Below the pieces are notes generated by a model. That model worked only from the letters and a program-made list of their open reading frames with translations, was not told where the DNA came from and made no database searches. This document shows, piece after piece, positions 8,200 to 16,284 of a DNA stretch of 36,651 nucleotides. This DNA comes from Anaerolineae bacterium (GTDB lineage Bacteria > Chloroflexota > Anaerolineae > DRVO01), in contig JAPWUW010000002.1 in assembly GCA_028275325.1 (NCBI GenBank), positions 1 through 36,651 on the forward strand, in the 5' to 3' direction. Position 1 is the first letter of the stretch, and each line of letters starts with the position of its first letter. Made by a program: the position numbers and the translations under genes.

Positions 8200-8346
8200 C
8201 TATCTGAAAGCGCGCAGCCTGCGCCACTCGTCGAACGTGGCCAGGGCGTTCTCCCAGGGCCAGTGAGCGCGGATGGAGCGGGCGGCGCTCAGGATGAGGC
8301 CGCGCTTGCTGAAGGCATCGCGCACTGCCTGGCGGGCGACCTCCGG
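8200..8346. repeat. direct repeat copy 1 (~150 bp, roughly 85-90% identical to 9097-9251 by eye)
   Basis: Hand alignment: ...gccactcgtcgaacgtggccagggcgttctcccagggccagtgagcgcggatgga... versus the same string at 9121 onward. There are scattered substitutions and one 9-nt indel. Similarity stops at gacctccg in both copies. Confidence 0.8.
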
Positions 8347-8520
8347 GCGTGCCCTCCCCCAGGTGCATGGGCCCGGAGACGCCCCTCTCGTGCAGGTAAG
8401 GGAAGAGGAATCCCTCAAGTTGGCGCGAGCTCCACAAATCGGTGGTCTCGTGGAGACCGCCAATATGTCCAAACGCTGCTGGCCTGGCTCTGTAGCTGTG
8501 TCGGCCAGTTCGTAGGTCAA
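8200..8520 (-). pseudogene. decayed gene remnant; its 3' ~147 nt is copy 1 of a direct repeat
   Basis: Only the C-terminal part (EVARQAVRDAFSKRGLILSAARSIRAHWPWENALATFDEWRRLRAFR) looks protein-like. Upstream, a second frame carries FGHIGGLHETTDLWSSRQLEGFLFPYLHERGVSGP, which suggests a frameshifted relic. Confidence 0.35.
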
Positions 8521-8556
8521 TGGCCTCCCTCCTTTGCCCCGCTGGCGCGCATCAGC

Positions 8557-8769
8557 TCATGCTTTGGTGAACTCCTCCCAGTCCAAGCCTAGCTGCCTGA
8601 TAGCGGCTCTTAGCGTTCCCAGCTTCAGGTCTTTCGCTCCCCAGTCGGGGATAACCGTGCCTTGCCTGATGGCTGGGTTTATCCACTTGCGGTGGGAACT
8701 GGACGAACGCATTGGCAGCTCCTCGCAGCCCAGCGCTCTCAACTTGCGCGCTACCTCACGGTACTTCAA
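8557..8769 (-). CDS. hicA: HicA-family (YcfA-like) mRNA interferase toxin
   Basis: 70 aa: MKYREVARKLRALGCEEL...SSSHRKWINP...TVIPDWGAKDLKLGTLRAAIRQLGL. This fits the HicA length and motif pattern, and it overlaps the upstream antitoxin gene by 4 nt. Confidence 0.8.
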   Translation of the reverse strand: MKYREVARKLRALGCEELPMRSSSSHRKWINPAIRQGTVIPDWGAKDLKLGTLRAAIRQLGLDWEEFTKA

Positions 8770-9017
8770 GCCACGGCCACCACTGCTTCGGCAAGGAACC
8801 TCTCCTGATTGGAGAGAGGTTGCAGTACCGCTGGCAGCGGACGCCCCTGGTCTTCGTAGAGCTCGATCACAGCCGTCAGGGCATCACCAACATTAGCGAT
8901 TGCTTCCTGAATGGTGTCTCCCTCTGTGACAAGCTCGGGGATCAGGGGACAGGTGACAGTGTATCCTCCCTCCGGTTGCTCCTCGAACAGCAATGGCAGT
9001 TTGTATACCGTGCTCAT
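8766..9017 (-). CDS. hicB: HicB-like (UPF0150) antitoxin
   Basis: I trimmed ORF 8766..9254 to the ATG at 9017, which is preceded by GGGAGGGTGG. The 83-aa product reads MSTVYKLPLLFEEQPEGGYTVTCPLIPELVTEGDTIQEAIANVGDAL, the typical HicB N-terminal fold sequence. Confidence 0.75.
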   Translation of the reverse strand: MSTVYKLPLLFEEQPEGGYTVTCPLIPELVTEGDTIQEAIANVGDALTAVIELYEDQGRPLPAVLQPLSNQERFLAEAVVAVA

Positions 9018-9043
9018 CCACCCTCCCGCAACAGCCGAAATAA

Positions 9044-9084
9044 ATGCTACCCGGCTGGAGCCGAAGTGGCAAGCCATGCGCATG
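9044..9084 (-). promoter_or_regulatory. candidate sigma-70-type promoter (TTGCCA-17 nt-TAGCAT) plus CATGCGCATG palindrome upstream of hicB
   Basis: On the minus strand the -35 TTGCCA is at 9072-9067, the spacer is 17 nt, and the -10 TAGCAT is at 9049-9044. A perfect 10-bp palindrome at 9075-9084 lies just upstream. Confidence 0.4.
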
Positions 9085-9096
9085 AACTGTAGCGGT

Positions 9097-9251
9097 TTAT
9101 TCGAACTTGCGCAGCTTACGCCACTCGTCGAACATGGCCAGGGCGTTCTCCCAGGGCCAGTGGGCGCGGATGGAGGGGACGGCGCTGAGGATGAGGCCGC
9201 GCTTGCCGAAGGTGGCGAAAGCATCGCGCACGGCCTGGCGGGCGACCTCCG
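9097..9251. repeat. direct repeat copy 2 (partner of 8200-8346)
   Basis: See copy 1. This copy forms the 3' end of the truncated ORF 9097..9423. Confidence 0.8.
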
Positions 9252-9423
9252 CAAGCCGCTTGATCTCCGGCGCGATCAATTGCCAGCGATCCAGCACCAG
9301 ATGTTTGCTCATGCCGTCAATGGCCGAAATCTCGATACCGTTGTAGCCGGCCATAGCTATGTAGCGAAAAGCAGTGGCCATATCGTAGCCACCGAAGAGG
9401 ACTGAATTTGCTCCTAGTTTCAC
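9097..9423 (-). pseudogene. truncated sugar phosphate isomerase/epimerase (xylose-isomerase-like TIM barrel), N-terminal part fused to the repeat
   Basis: GTG at 9423 lies 7 nt after GAGGGAG. VKLGANSVLFGGYDMATAFRYIAMAGYNGIEISAIDGMSKHLVLDRW..IAPEIKRLAE is the usual start of this ~270-aa family. The ORF stops after 108 aa, inside the repeated segment. Confidence 0.5.
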
Positions 9424-9581
9424 GGTTAGACTCCCTCGGAAATAGCTCCCCACTTTCAGCTCGCAAGGGCGGACCAAAGGCCCATGGGCAACTGCCTTGA
9501 AAGCAGCCCTCCTTCCCTCCGGTCAGCCGCGGCTCATGGACAACTCCCTTGACTTTCTCCGATCAGCAGCAATTCTGATTC

Positions 9582-9992
9582 TTACAACTGGGGTCCGAGC
9601 ACAGACACCACTTGCCCCGCCCGCTGCTGCAGCTCGAAGTCCCAGGTCGCCAGTGGCAGGCCCAGCGCCTGCGCCAACGCCACGTAACAGGCCTCTGCCC
9701 CACGAAGGCGTAGATTGGCAGCCAGCCTCGATGCCCTGATTGCCAAGCCACGATCAATGGCGACTAGCCGGAGAGTAGAGAGGCGCGCCATGTTCCGGTA
9801 GACAGCTTGAGCCAGGTCAGGTCGGCCGGTGCGCCTCCCGATGGCCCCTGCCGTTTCCGCGAGCAACAGGGTCGGGGCGAGCAGCAAATCCCCCCTTTGC
9901 TCCAGCGAAAGGAACCAGGCGTCCGTTATTGCATGGTGGGCATCGCCTGTGAGGTAGAAGCTCACCCAAACGCTGGCGTCTATTACAATCAT
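9582..9992 (-). CDS. vapC: PIN-domain VapC-type toxin
   Basis: 136 aa. MIVIDASVWV carries the first Asp, LLAETAG the Glu, RGAEACYVALAQALGLPLATWD the third and fourth acidic positions (the third is Glu rather than the usual Asp). It overlaps the antitoxin gene by 4 nt. Confidence 0.8.
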   Translation of the reverse strand: MIVIDASVWVSFYLTGDAHHAITDAWFLSLEQRGDLLLAPTLLLAETAGAIGRRTGRPDLAQAVYRNMARLSTLRLVAIDRGLAIRASRLAANLRLRGAEACYVALAQALGLPLATWDFELQQRAGQVVSVLGPQL

Positions 9993-10249
9993 AACTCGCC
10001 CCGCTGCTCGCGCACAGCCTCAACCGCAGACACACCCTCCGGCCAGGCAGCGCTGATCTCTTCCCTCAGCCGCCGCAGGTCGTGCCAGATTTCTTTATCT
10101 CGATCCTTGCTGCGCTTCTGCCGTACCGGTACTATCCGCGCCACCACCTTGCCGCGGTAGGTGATCGCCACTTCCTGCTTTTGCTCTCGCACGAGCCGCA
10201 AGATCTCACTGGTGCGCTCTTTCAGCTCCCGTATCCCCACCGATTCCAT
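9989..10249 (-). CDS. Phd/YefM-type antitoxin partnered with the PIN toxin
   Basis: I trimmed the ORF to the ATG at 10249, which is preceded by GGAGGTG. MESVGIRELKERTSEILRLVREQKQEVAITYRGKVVARIVP is a typical Phd/YefM N-terminus. Confidence 0.7.
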   Translation of the reverse strand: MESVGIRELKERTSEILRLVREQKQEVAITYRGKVVARIVPVRQKRSKDRDKEIWHDLRRLREEISAAWPEGVSAVEAVREQRGEL

Positions 10250-10272
10250 GCTCGCACCTCCGCCGATCTGTG

Positions 10273-10297
10273 CCCACATTTGTGGGTACAATGTACC
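10273..10297. promoter_or_regulatory. two abutting palindromes (CCCACAttTGTGGG and GGTACAaTGTACC), a candidate antitoxin operator
   Basis: Read directly at 10273-10286 and 10285-10297, 25-50 nt upstream of the antitoxin start. That is the usual position of autoregulatory operators in type II TA modules. Confidence 0.45.
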
Positions 10298-10364
10298 ATC
10301 CTACCGGAGATGCGGCAAGCACCCCGCGCAAGACATGATCGGGGCACGAGCAGAGAGTCTGCCG

Positions 10365-10562
10365 TCAGCGCACGTACACCACCCGCTCCTTTTCCAGCGA
10401 CTCAATGGCCGCCGCCAGCACTTTCTGGGCGGCCAGCCCGTCGGCGCCAGAGCCGTCTATCTTATCCGGCGGCACGCCTCGCGACACTTCATCGAGGAAG
10501 GTATGCAAACGGTTGACGAACGTATCCTCTGTGTATGCGGGTGCAGCGCCTGGGGGTGCGAG
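10365..10562 (-). pseudogene. orphan C-terminal remnant of a Gfo/Idh/MocA-type oxidoreductase
   Basis: Hand translation between two stops gives LAPPGAAPAYTEDTFVNRLHTFLDEVSRGVPPDKIDGSGADGLAAQKVLAAAIESLEKERVVYVR*. This matches the typical C-terminal end of the family (F..a...g..p..dg.dGl.a..v..Ai.eS......V). There is no start codon or N-terminal Rossmann part. Confidence 0.5.
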
Positions 10563-11459
10563 TCACGTTTTTGGCACGAGAAGTGAAGCCCTCCTGGTGG
10601 CAACAAGAGGCTGAAAGGCCGGAAACAGGAGGGCTCGATGGCGGATAAGGATAGCGGATGAGTGCTGGCAATGGCACGGATTCTAGCCACATGCCACACC
10701 TGAGCAAGCCGCAGGTGAAGGTGCTGGCCATGTACAGTTTGCTTTCTCTGGGGCATCCATGTGGCCCAAAGCGCAAAAGCGCATCGGCGGCCGTTTTCGC
10801 AGCTCAGAAGGCATTCCCACCTGGCCCTAACAAGGGCCAGGCCGCCGGCCGGGTGAGTGGGGGAGATGAGCGCCTCGGGCCAGGGACCTACGGCCAACTT
10901 GCGCTGGCACCAAGAGGGGTGGGCGGGTGGTGCTGTTCCTGCAGCGACACACCTGCAGCCAAGGTGCACTTGCAGTGAGAGAAGTTGCACGAGCAGGAGG
11001 CCGCCAGTGAGCAGGAGCCACTTGTACAGAAACAGCCCGCTTCTCAGGTCATTTCCTGGTCGGCGGCTGCGCTTTGCTCTTGGAGCTTGTGCTGCTGCCA
11101 ACGCACACTGGCCGCCAGTGTGGCTGCTCGGGGGGTTGTGCTTCCTCTTCGCCCCTGTCGCGGCCAAAGCATGTTGGCCGCCTGCGTTGCATCCGAGAGG
11201 CTTCCCTGCTCAATCCCAAGAAGCGGGGCCAAACCGCAGGGCAAGAGGGAGGGGCAGACAAGCGCCTCGGGAGGCGCACCTGCGGCCAAAGCGCGCTGGC
11301 AGCGGCGAAGGTCGCCGCTGCACAGATGCGCGAGGTGCCAAAGGGCGCTGGTACATCCGGCCTCTGAGGGCCCGACGCGCCCGCGCGAGCAGGTTTGCGC
11401 GCCGCAGGCCAGCTGGTGCAGGCTGGCAGGAGGCACCTGTGCCCTTGCAGGAGGAAGCG

Positions 11460-13616
11460 ATGGAGGGGCTGCCCGTGCCTTGCAGCGGTCAATGCTTCAT
11501 CTCTGGCGAGGAGGAGAGGCTGGACAGGGCGCTGCCGCCGGTTCTTGTGGCCCTTTCAGCTCTCGTACTCGCTCTCTGGCTCTACCTTTGTTACGACACG
11601 GGCAACTCCCGGCTTGCCATAGGCCTTGTGGCGGGGAGCTTCTTCCTTGGCCTCGCCTGGTCGCAGCGGGCGCGGCCGAGGCTTGCTGCCGCAATTCTTG
11701 TGGCATGCGGCGTCGCTTGTGCCATCGCGCTGCCGCGCTATGCGGCAACTTCCTTGGCAGCCCCAGCCTGCTTTGCGATCGTGCTCGCTGGCTGCCTCTT
11801 CGGGCCCGCCGCAGCGGCTGCCGCGGCCATCGCGGTGGTCGGGGGCGCCGCCGTCCTCCCCGGCGCCGCTGTCAGCGCCCAGGAGTCCTTTGCCACCCTG
11901 GCGATCGGTGCGCTCCTGTGTGCTGGCCTCTTGCCATGGCAGGAGATGCTTTCCCTTGCCAATAGGCAAGCAGCTGAGGCGGCGAGACTCGTGCAGAGGC
12001 TGCGCGAGGAACAGGGCAAGCTCAGGGGCACGCTCAAGGCTCTGGATACAGCCTACGCGCTCCTTGAGAGCAGCAACCGGGCCCTTGCCCTGGCGCGCAG
12101 GGAGGCCGAAGACCTGCGCCAGCTCAAGCACCGCTTTGCCGCCAGCCTCAGCCACGAGCTGCGCACGCCGCTCAACATAATCCTGGGCTTCAGCGAGCTC
12201 ATTTACCGCCGGCCGGGGCTGTACGGCTTCGACTGCTGGCCAGATGCCCTGAGGCGAGATCTGGCGCAGATCCAGCGCAACGCTGGCTACCTCTCCGGCC
12301 TTCTGGATGACGTGCTGGATCTCGCGCGGCTGGACGCAAGCGCTATGCCTGTGCGCCGCGAGCCGCACGACCTAGCAGAGGTCGTGCAGCAGGCCGTGGC
12401 CGACATTGCGGGGCTCGCTGAGGAAAAGCGGGTTGAGCTTTCTGTGGAGTGCGAGGACCGCCTGCCGCCCGTGTACTTGGATGAAGTGCGCATCCGCCAG
12501 GTGCTGTACAACCTGCTCTCCAATGCGCTGCGCGTTTCCGAGCCAGGCGGCAAGGTCACGGTCTCAATCCGCGGTGAGGGCGAGTGCGCACTGGTGTCGG
12601 TGCGCGACGAGGGGCCCGGGATCCCGGCAGAAGTGCGCGAGTGGATATTCGACGAGTACCGCCAGCTTGAACGAGGGGGCGCGAGCGAGGGCAAGGGCTT
12701 AGGGCTGGCAATCGCCAAGCACTTCGTGCTGCTGCACGGGGGCCGCATCTGGGTCGAGAGCGAGCCTGGCAAGGGGAGCACCTTCTTCTTCACTCTGCCC
12801 CTGCAGCGCATTTCTTTCTCCCGGCTGCAGGAGAAAAGCCCGCTGCCCCCACCCACCGCACGGCTCAAGCCCACGCTCGCTGTCCTTGGTGGCTCAGAGG
12901 AAAGTGCCTCCTACTTCCGCCGCCGCCTGGAGGAGTTTGCACTCGCCACCGTGGCCGACCTCCCCGAGCTCTTGAGCCGGTGGGAGGAGCTGCGCCCGGC
13001 TGCGGTTCTCTGCCTGCACGACCAAGGCAGCCAGAAGCTCGAGGCCTGCGCCTCGTCGGCCGTGCGCGCTTTCCCCAAAGCGGTGCCGGTTATCTGCTGT
13101 GCTGCACCTCGCCCATGGGGCGACCTGGTCCACAGAGGTTTCGGTGGCCTCCTGCGCAAGCCCGTTTCGGAAACGCAGCTGCGACAGGCGCTGGAAGGCA
13201 TCGGCGCCTGGCGGGAGGGAATGCGCGTGCTCATCGCCGACGATGACCGTGGCTTCGTGCAGCTTCTTTCTCGCATGCTGCAGGCCTCAGGCCCGCAGCC
13301 TGAGGTGCTCGCCGCTTACAACGGCGCTGATGCCCTGAGGGCAGCAAAACGGGAAAGGCCGGATGTGATCCTCCTTGACCTCGTTATGCCACGGCTGGGC
13401 GGCCTGGAGGTGCTGCAGGCTCTCCAGCAAGATGAGGAGCTCCGGAGCGTACCTGTCATTGCCATCACTGCCGCGCAGCCAGCCGACGAAGGGGATGGGC
13501 TGCGGAAGCTCACCGTCACTGCCCCGGGGCCGTGGCCCGAGCACTACGTAATGGGCCTGGTCCGCGCAGCTCTCAGCTCTGCGCCAGCGCAGGCCGCGAG
13601 CGCAGGCACCGGTTGA
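11460..13616 (+). CDS. membrane-bound hybrid sensor histidine kinase (multi-TM input, HisKA, HATPase_c, degenerate receiver, canonical receiver)
   Basis: I trimmed ORF 10857..13616 to the ATG at 11460, which follows GGAGGA. There are about 5 hydrophobic helices (e.g. VLVALSALVLALWLYLCY, LAIGLVAGSFFLGLAW). The H-box is FAASLSHELRTPLN, with N/G boxes LYNLLSNALR, VRDEGPGIP and GKGLGLAIAKHFVLLHGGRIWVESEPGKGSTFFFTLP. The receiver reads MRVLIADDD...DVILLDLVMPRLGG...VPVIAITA. Confidence 0.85.
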   Translation: MEGLPVPCSGQCFISGEEERLDRALPPVLVALSALVLALWLYLCYDTGNSRLAIGLVAGSFFLGLAWSQRARPRLAAAILVACGVACAIALPRYAATSLAAPACFAIVLAGCLFGPAAAAAAAIAVVGGAAVLPGAAVSAQESFATLAIGALLCAGLLPWQEMLSLANRQAAEAARLVQRLREEQGKLRGTLKALDTAYALLESSNRALALARREAEDLRQLKHRFAASLSHELRTPLNIILGFSELIYRRPGLYGFDCWPDALRRDLAQIQRNAGYLSGLLDDVLDLARLDASAMPVRREPHDLAEVVQQAVADIAGLAEEKRVELSVECEDRLPPVYLDEVRIRQVLYNLLSNALRVSEPGGKVTVSIRGEGECALVSVRDEGPGIPAEVREWIFDEYRQLERGGASEGKGLGLAIAKHFVLLHGGRIWVESEPGKGSTFFFTLPLQRISFSRLQEKSPLPPPTARLKPTLAVLGGSEESASYFRRRLEEFALATVADLPELLSRWEELRPAAVLCLHDQGSQKLEACASSAVRAFPKAVPVICCAAPRPWGDLVHRGFGGLLRKPVSETQLRQALEGIGAWREGMRVLIADDDRGFVQLLSRMLQASGPQPEVLAAYNGADALRAAKRERPDVILLDLVMPRLGGLEVLQALQQDEELRSVPVIAITAAQPADEGDGLRKLTVTAPGPWPEHYVMGLVRAALSSAPAQAASAGTG

Positions 13617-14793
13617 GGGCAGCGAGCAGCTCGGCGCGGCCCACCGGCTTGGGTAGGTACACGTCCGCGCCCAGCGCGTAGGCAAGCTGAGGATCTTCCA
13701 CGACCGAGCAAACAATGAGCGGGATCGAGCTCGTTGCCTCGTCGGACTTGAGCGCCCTCACGATGCTCCAGCCATCGACCCCTGGCATGATGATGTCCAG
13801 GAGGATGGCATCCGGCCGGCGGCGCCTGGCGCTCTCGTGCACAAGAAGAGGGCTTGCCAGGGGAACTACCTGCCACCTGCTGCCAGATAGCAGCCGCCGA
13901 TAGAGCTCGATAGCCCCGGGGTTATCCTCCACCGCAAGGAGCGTAAGCGGCTCTCCCACCCGCAAGAGCAGGCCGATGTACACGCTGCCGTCGTCCGTTC
14001 GCGCAAGCGAAAAGGTGATGCCCTGGGCCAGAGCCAGTGCCCGGGCCTTCTCGAATAGAGAGGCGCGGTACTTTTCCGGTTGCGGCTGGAAAGATATCGA
14101 AAGCTCAAGGAGATCCTGCGCCGGCCCTAAGCGGAGCCACACCTTCTCACCCGGGCTGCTCTGGACGGCGGCGCTCAAGATGGCTGTGACGATCTCCTTG
14201 AAGATTCCCCGATCGGCAAGCACACTGGGCTCCTCTCTCGTGCTCTCAAGCTCGATTTGCGCCCCGGTTCTTTGCAAGAGCGGCTGCAGGAGCTCGACGA
14301 CCTCCGCGAGCGCGGGTTGCAACGGGAAGAAGCTTGCCTGGCCGGCCAGAGCGGTGAGCTCGTCGCTTGGCGGTTGCGGGGCAATAGAGGCATGCGCCTC
14401 GCGCCCAGCCGCAACCCAGGAAGAGAGCACCTGCAGAAGCCTTTCCTCCGCCTCGGCGAGGTCGCGATACACCTGCCTTCGGCTCAGGGAAAGGTCTTTC
14501 ATCACCTCCGCGAGGGGCAGGTTCTCCACGTACCGCAAGGAGAGAATATCGTAGCTGCGCGCCTGGAGCGAGCCGAAAGGGGCGCTGCGGGCCGGCCGCA
14601 GGACTTCGATCGCCTCAAACAGCATGGCTCTGGCTCGTTCCGCCCTCTCCTCCACGCGCGTCACGCGCTGGAACTGGGGGAAATGCCGCAGGAGCGGCGC
14701 ACTGGCCAGGGCAACATTATCGTACAGAGCTTCGAGCGCCTCGTGTAGCTCCTCTCGTGAAGGCCGGCCCTGCTCGCCCAAGGCACCCTCCAT
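13573..14793 (-). CDS. response regulator with N-terminal sigma-70-region-4-like HTH, central degenerate HATPase-like domain and C-terminal receiver
   Basis: This is the 3' third of ORF 13573..16314, starting at the ATG at 14793 (a GTG at 14820 is an alternative). The HTH is YDILSLRYVENLPLAEVMKDLSLSRRQVYRDLAEAEERL. The ATPase-like N-box is degenerate (FKEIVTAILSAAVQSSPGEKVWLRL, no Asn). The receiver is LLAVEDNPG...DAILLDIIMPGVDGW...IPLIVCS...YLPKPV. Confidence 0.75.
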   Translation of the reverse strand: MEGALGEQGRPSREELHEALEALYDNVALASAPLLRHFPQFQRVTRVEERAERARAMLFEAIEVLRPARSAPFGSLQARSYDILSLRYVENLPLAEVMKDLSLSRRQVYRDLAEAEERLLQVLSSWVAAGREAHASIAPQPPSDELTALAGQASFFPLQPALAEVVELLQPLLQRTGAQIELESTREEPSVLADRGIFKEIVTAILSAAVQSSPGEKVWLRLGPAQDLLELSISFQPQPEKYRASLFEKARALALAQGITFSLARTDDGSVYIGLLLRVGEPLTLLAVEDNPGAIELYRRLLSGSRWQVVPLASPLLVHESARRRRPDAILLDIIMPGVDGWSIVRALKSDEATSSIPLIVCSVVEDPQLAYALGADVYLPKPVGRAELLAALNRCLRSRPALAQS

Positions 14794-14913
14794 GGCACAG
14801 GTGCGGCACAAACTCGGCACAAAAATGCCTGCTCCCCATGTTCCACAGACTTTATACTTGAGGCAAGAAGCGAAGAGGGTTTGCGCCCTTGAACCCAATT
14901 CTGGAGGTGTGCG

Positions 14914-16284
14914 ATGGCTGCCAGGAGGATCTCGCGCAGGCAGATGCTGAGGGCTGCATTGTTGGGGGCCGGGGCAGGAGTGCTGGCCTCCTGTGCCGCA
15001 GCGACACCGCAAGTGGTGAAGGAAACCGTGGTCGTGGAAAAGGAGGTCACCGTCGCCGCACCAGTAGCAGAAGAGATAACGCTCAAGCTCATGAGCTGGG
15101 ACAGCGGCATCGGTGACACGAAAAAGATCAACGAGGTCACTCTGCCCGCGTTCATGGCAAAGCACCCCAACATCAAGGTGGAATATGAGGCACCACCATG
15201 GAATGAGTACTGGACGAAGATTCAGACCATGGCTGCTTCCGGCCAGATGCCCGATGCCTACGGGCAAAGCGTCGCCTACGGCTGGGACCATGCCAACAAG
15301 AAGATCTCGCTCAACCTGCAGCCCTACATAGAGGTTGACCTCAACACCGACGACTACTTCATGGAGATGGAGCTCAGCTGCCACCGCTACCTCAGCATGC
15401 AGACTGGGGACCTTTACGCCTTCCCAGTGCGGTGGGTGGGCGAATGGCTCTTCTACAACGCGGACATATTCGATGCGGCCGGGATGAAATACCCCGATGA
15501 CACGTGGACCTACGACGACATGCTGGCAGCAGCCAAGGCGCTGCACAAGGTGAGCGGGGACAAAGTCGAGGTCTGGGGCATGCTTGCGCCGGCCGGCCAT
15601 ATTGGCCTTGATGCCATGATCAAGGCCAATGGCGGGGAGGTCTTGAGCAAAGACTACAGGAAGTGCAAGCTGACGGAGCCCGCCGCGCTTGAATCCGTGC
15701 GCTGGGCAGTCGAGACTGTGACGACGCACAAAGTCGCCCCCACACCGGAGGTTCAGGCAGGCTTCATTGGCGGCATGTTCGCCTCTGGTGTGCTTGCCAT
15801 GGCCCTTGATGGCAGCTACCAGGCGCACTTCTGGCGGGATGCCGAGTTCAACTGGGATGTTACGTACGTGCCCAAGGGCAAGGTGAGCCGCGTCATGTAT
15901 GGGGGGCCAGATAGCATCTCCATCGCCCGGCAGAGCAAACACAAAGAGGCAGCTTGGGAGCTCATCAAGTACTGGGTGAGCGAAGAAAACCAGATGCGCA
16001 TGGAGGACCTGATCATAGGTGGCGTTCCTTTCCTCAAGAAAGCCGCTTACTCGGATACGTTCCTCAACCGCGAGGGGAACCCGAAGGGGATCAAGACCAT
16101 ATTGGACATGGCTTCGGTCCTGCGAGGCGCTGACTTCGGCCCGCAGTGGATGGAGTGGCGCGTCACGATCATGAACCAGGAGCTCGACCAGGCCTACCTG
16201 GGGCTGCGCTCCGTGGAGGAATCGGTCCAGGCTGCGTGCGCCGCCATTGATGCCGTGCTGGCCACCATCGAGTGGCCCGTCTAG
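14914..16284 (+). CDS. ABC transporter extracellular solute-binding lipoprotein (carbohydrate-type, family 1), Tat signal
   Basis: GGAGGTG precedes the ATG. It has the Tat motif SRRQMLR and the lipobox LASC, then a V/E/K-rich linker, then the typical SBP body (MSWDSG.., PDAYGQS, FPVRW, YVPKG). Confidence 0.85.
   Translation: MAARRISRRQMLRAALLGAGAGVLASCAAATPQVVKETVVVEKEVTVAAPVAEEITLKLMSWDSGIGDTKKINEVTLPAFMAKHPNIKVEYEAPPWNEYWTKIQTMAASGQMPDAYGQSVAYGWDHANKKISLNLQPYIEVDLNTDDYFMEMELSCHRYLSMQTGDLYAFPVRWVGEWLFYNADIFDAAGMKYPDDTWTYDDMLAAAKALHKVSGDKVEVWGMLAPAGHIGLDAMIKANGGEVLSKDYRKCKLTEPAALESVRWAVETVTTHKVAPTPEVQAGFIGGMFASGVLAMALDGSYQAHFWRDAEFNWDVTYVPKGKVSRVMYGGPDSISIARQSKHKEAAWELIKYWVSEENQMRMEDLIIGGVPFLKKAAYSDTFLNREGNPKGIKTILDMASVLRGADFGPQWMEWRVTIMNQELDQAYLGLRSVEESVQAACAAIDAVLATIEWPV

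Noticed and set aside
10658-10978. A possible decayed IS (transposase) remnant. The peptide HLSKPQVKVLAMYS faintly reminded me of the N-termini of some IS4/IS701-like transposases.
   Set aside because: The resemblance is a few residues from memory and does not continue in any frame. No terminal inverted repeats or DDE motifs were found. It would need a tBLASTn or ISfinder search before any claim.
10857-11459. A 200-aa N-terminal extension of the histidine kinase ORF (919 aa in the track).
   Set aside because: The extension is Arg/Ala/Cys/Trp-rich nonsense without transmembrane or domain character. A good GGAGGA plus ATG lies at 11460, directly before the first hydrophobic helix.
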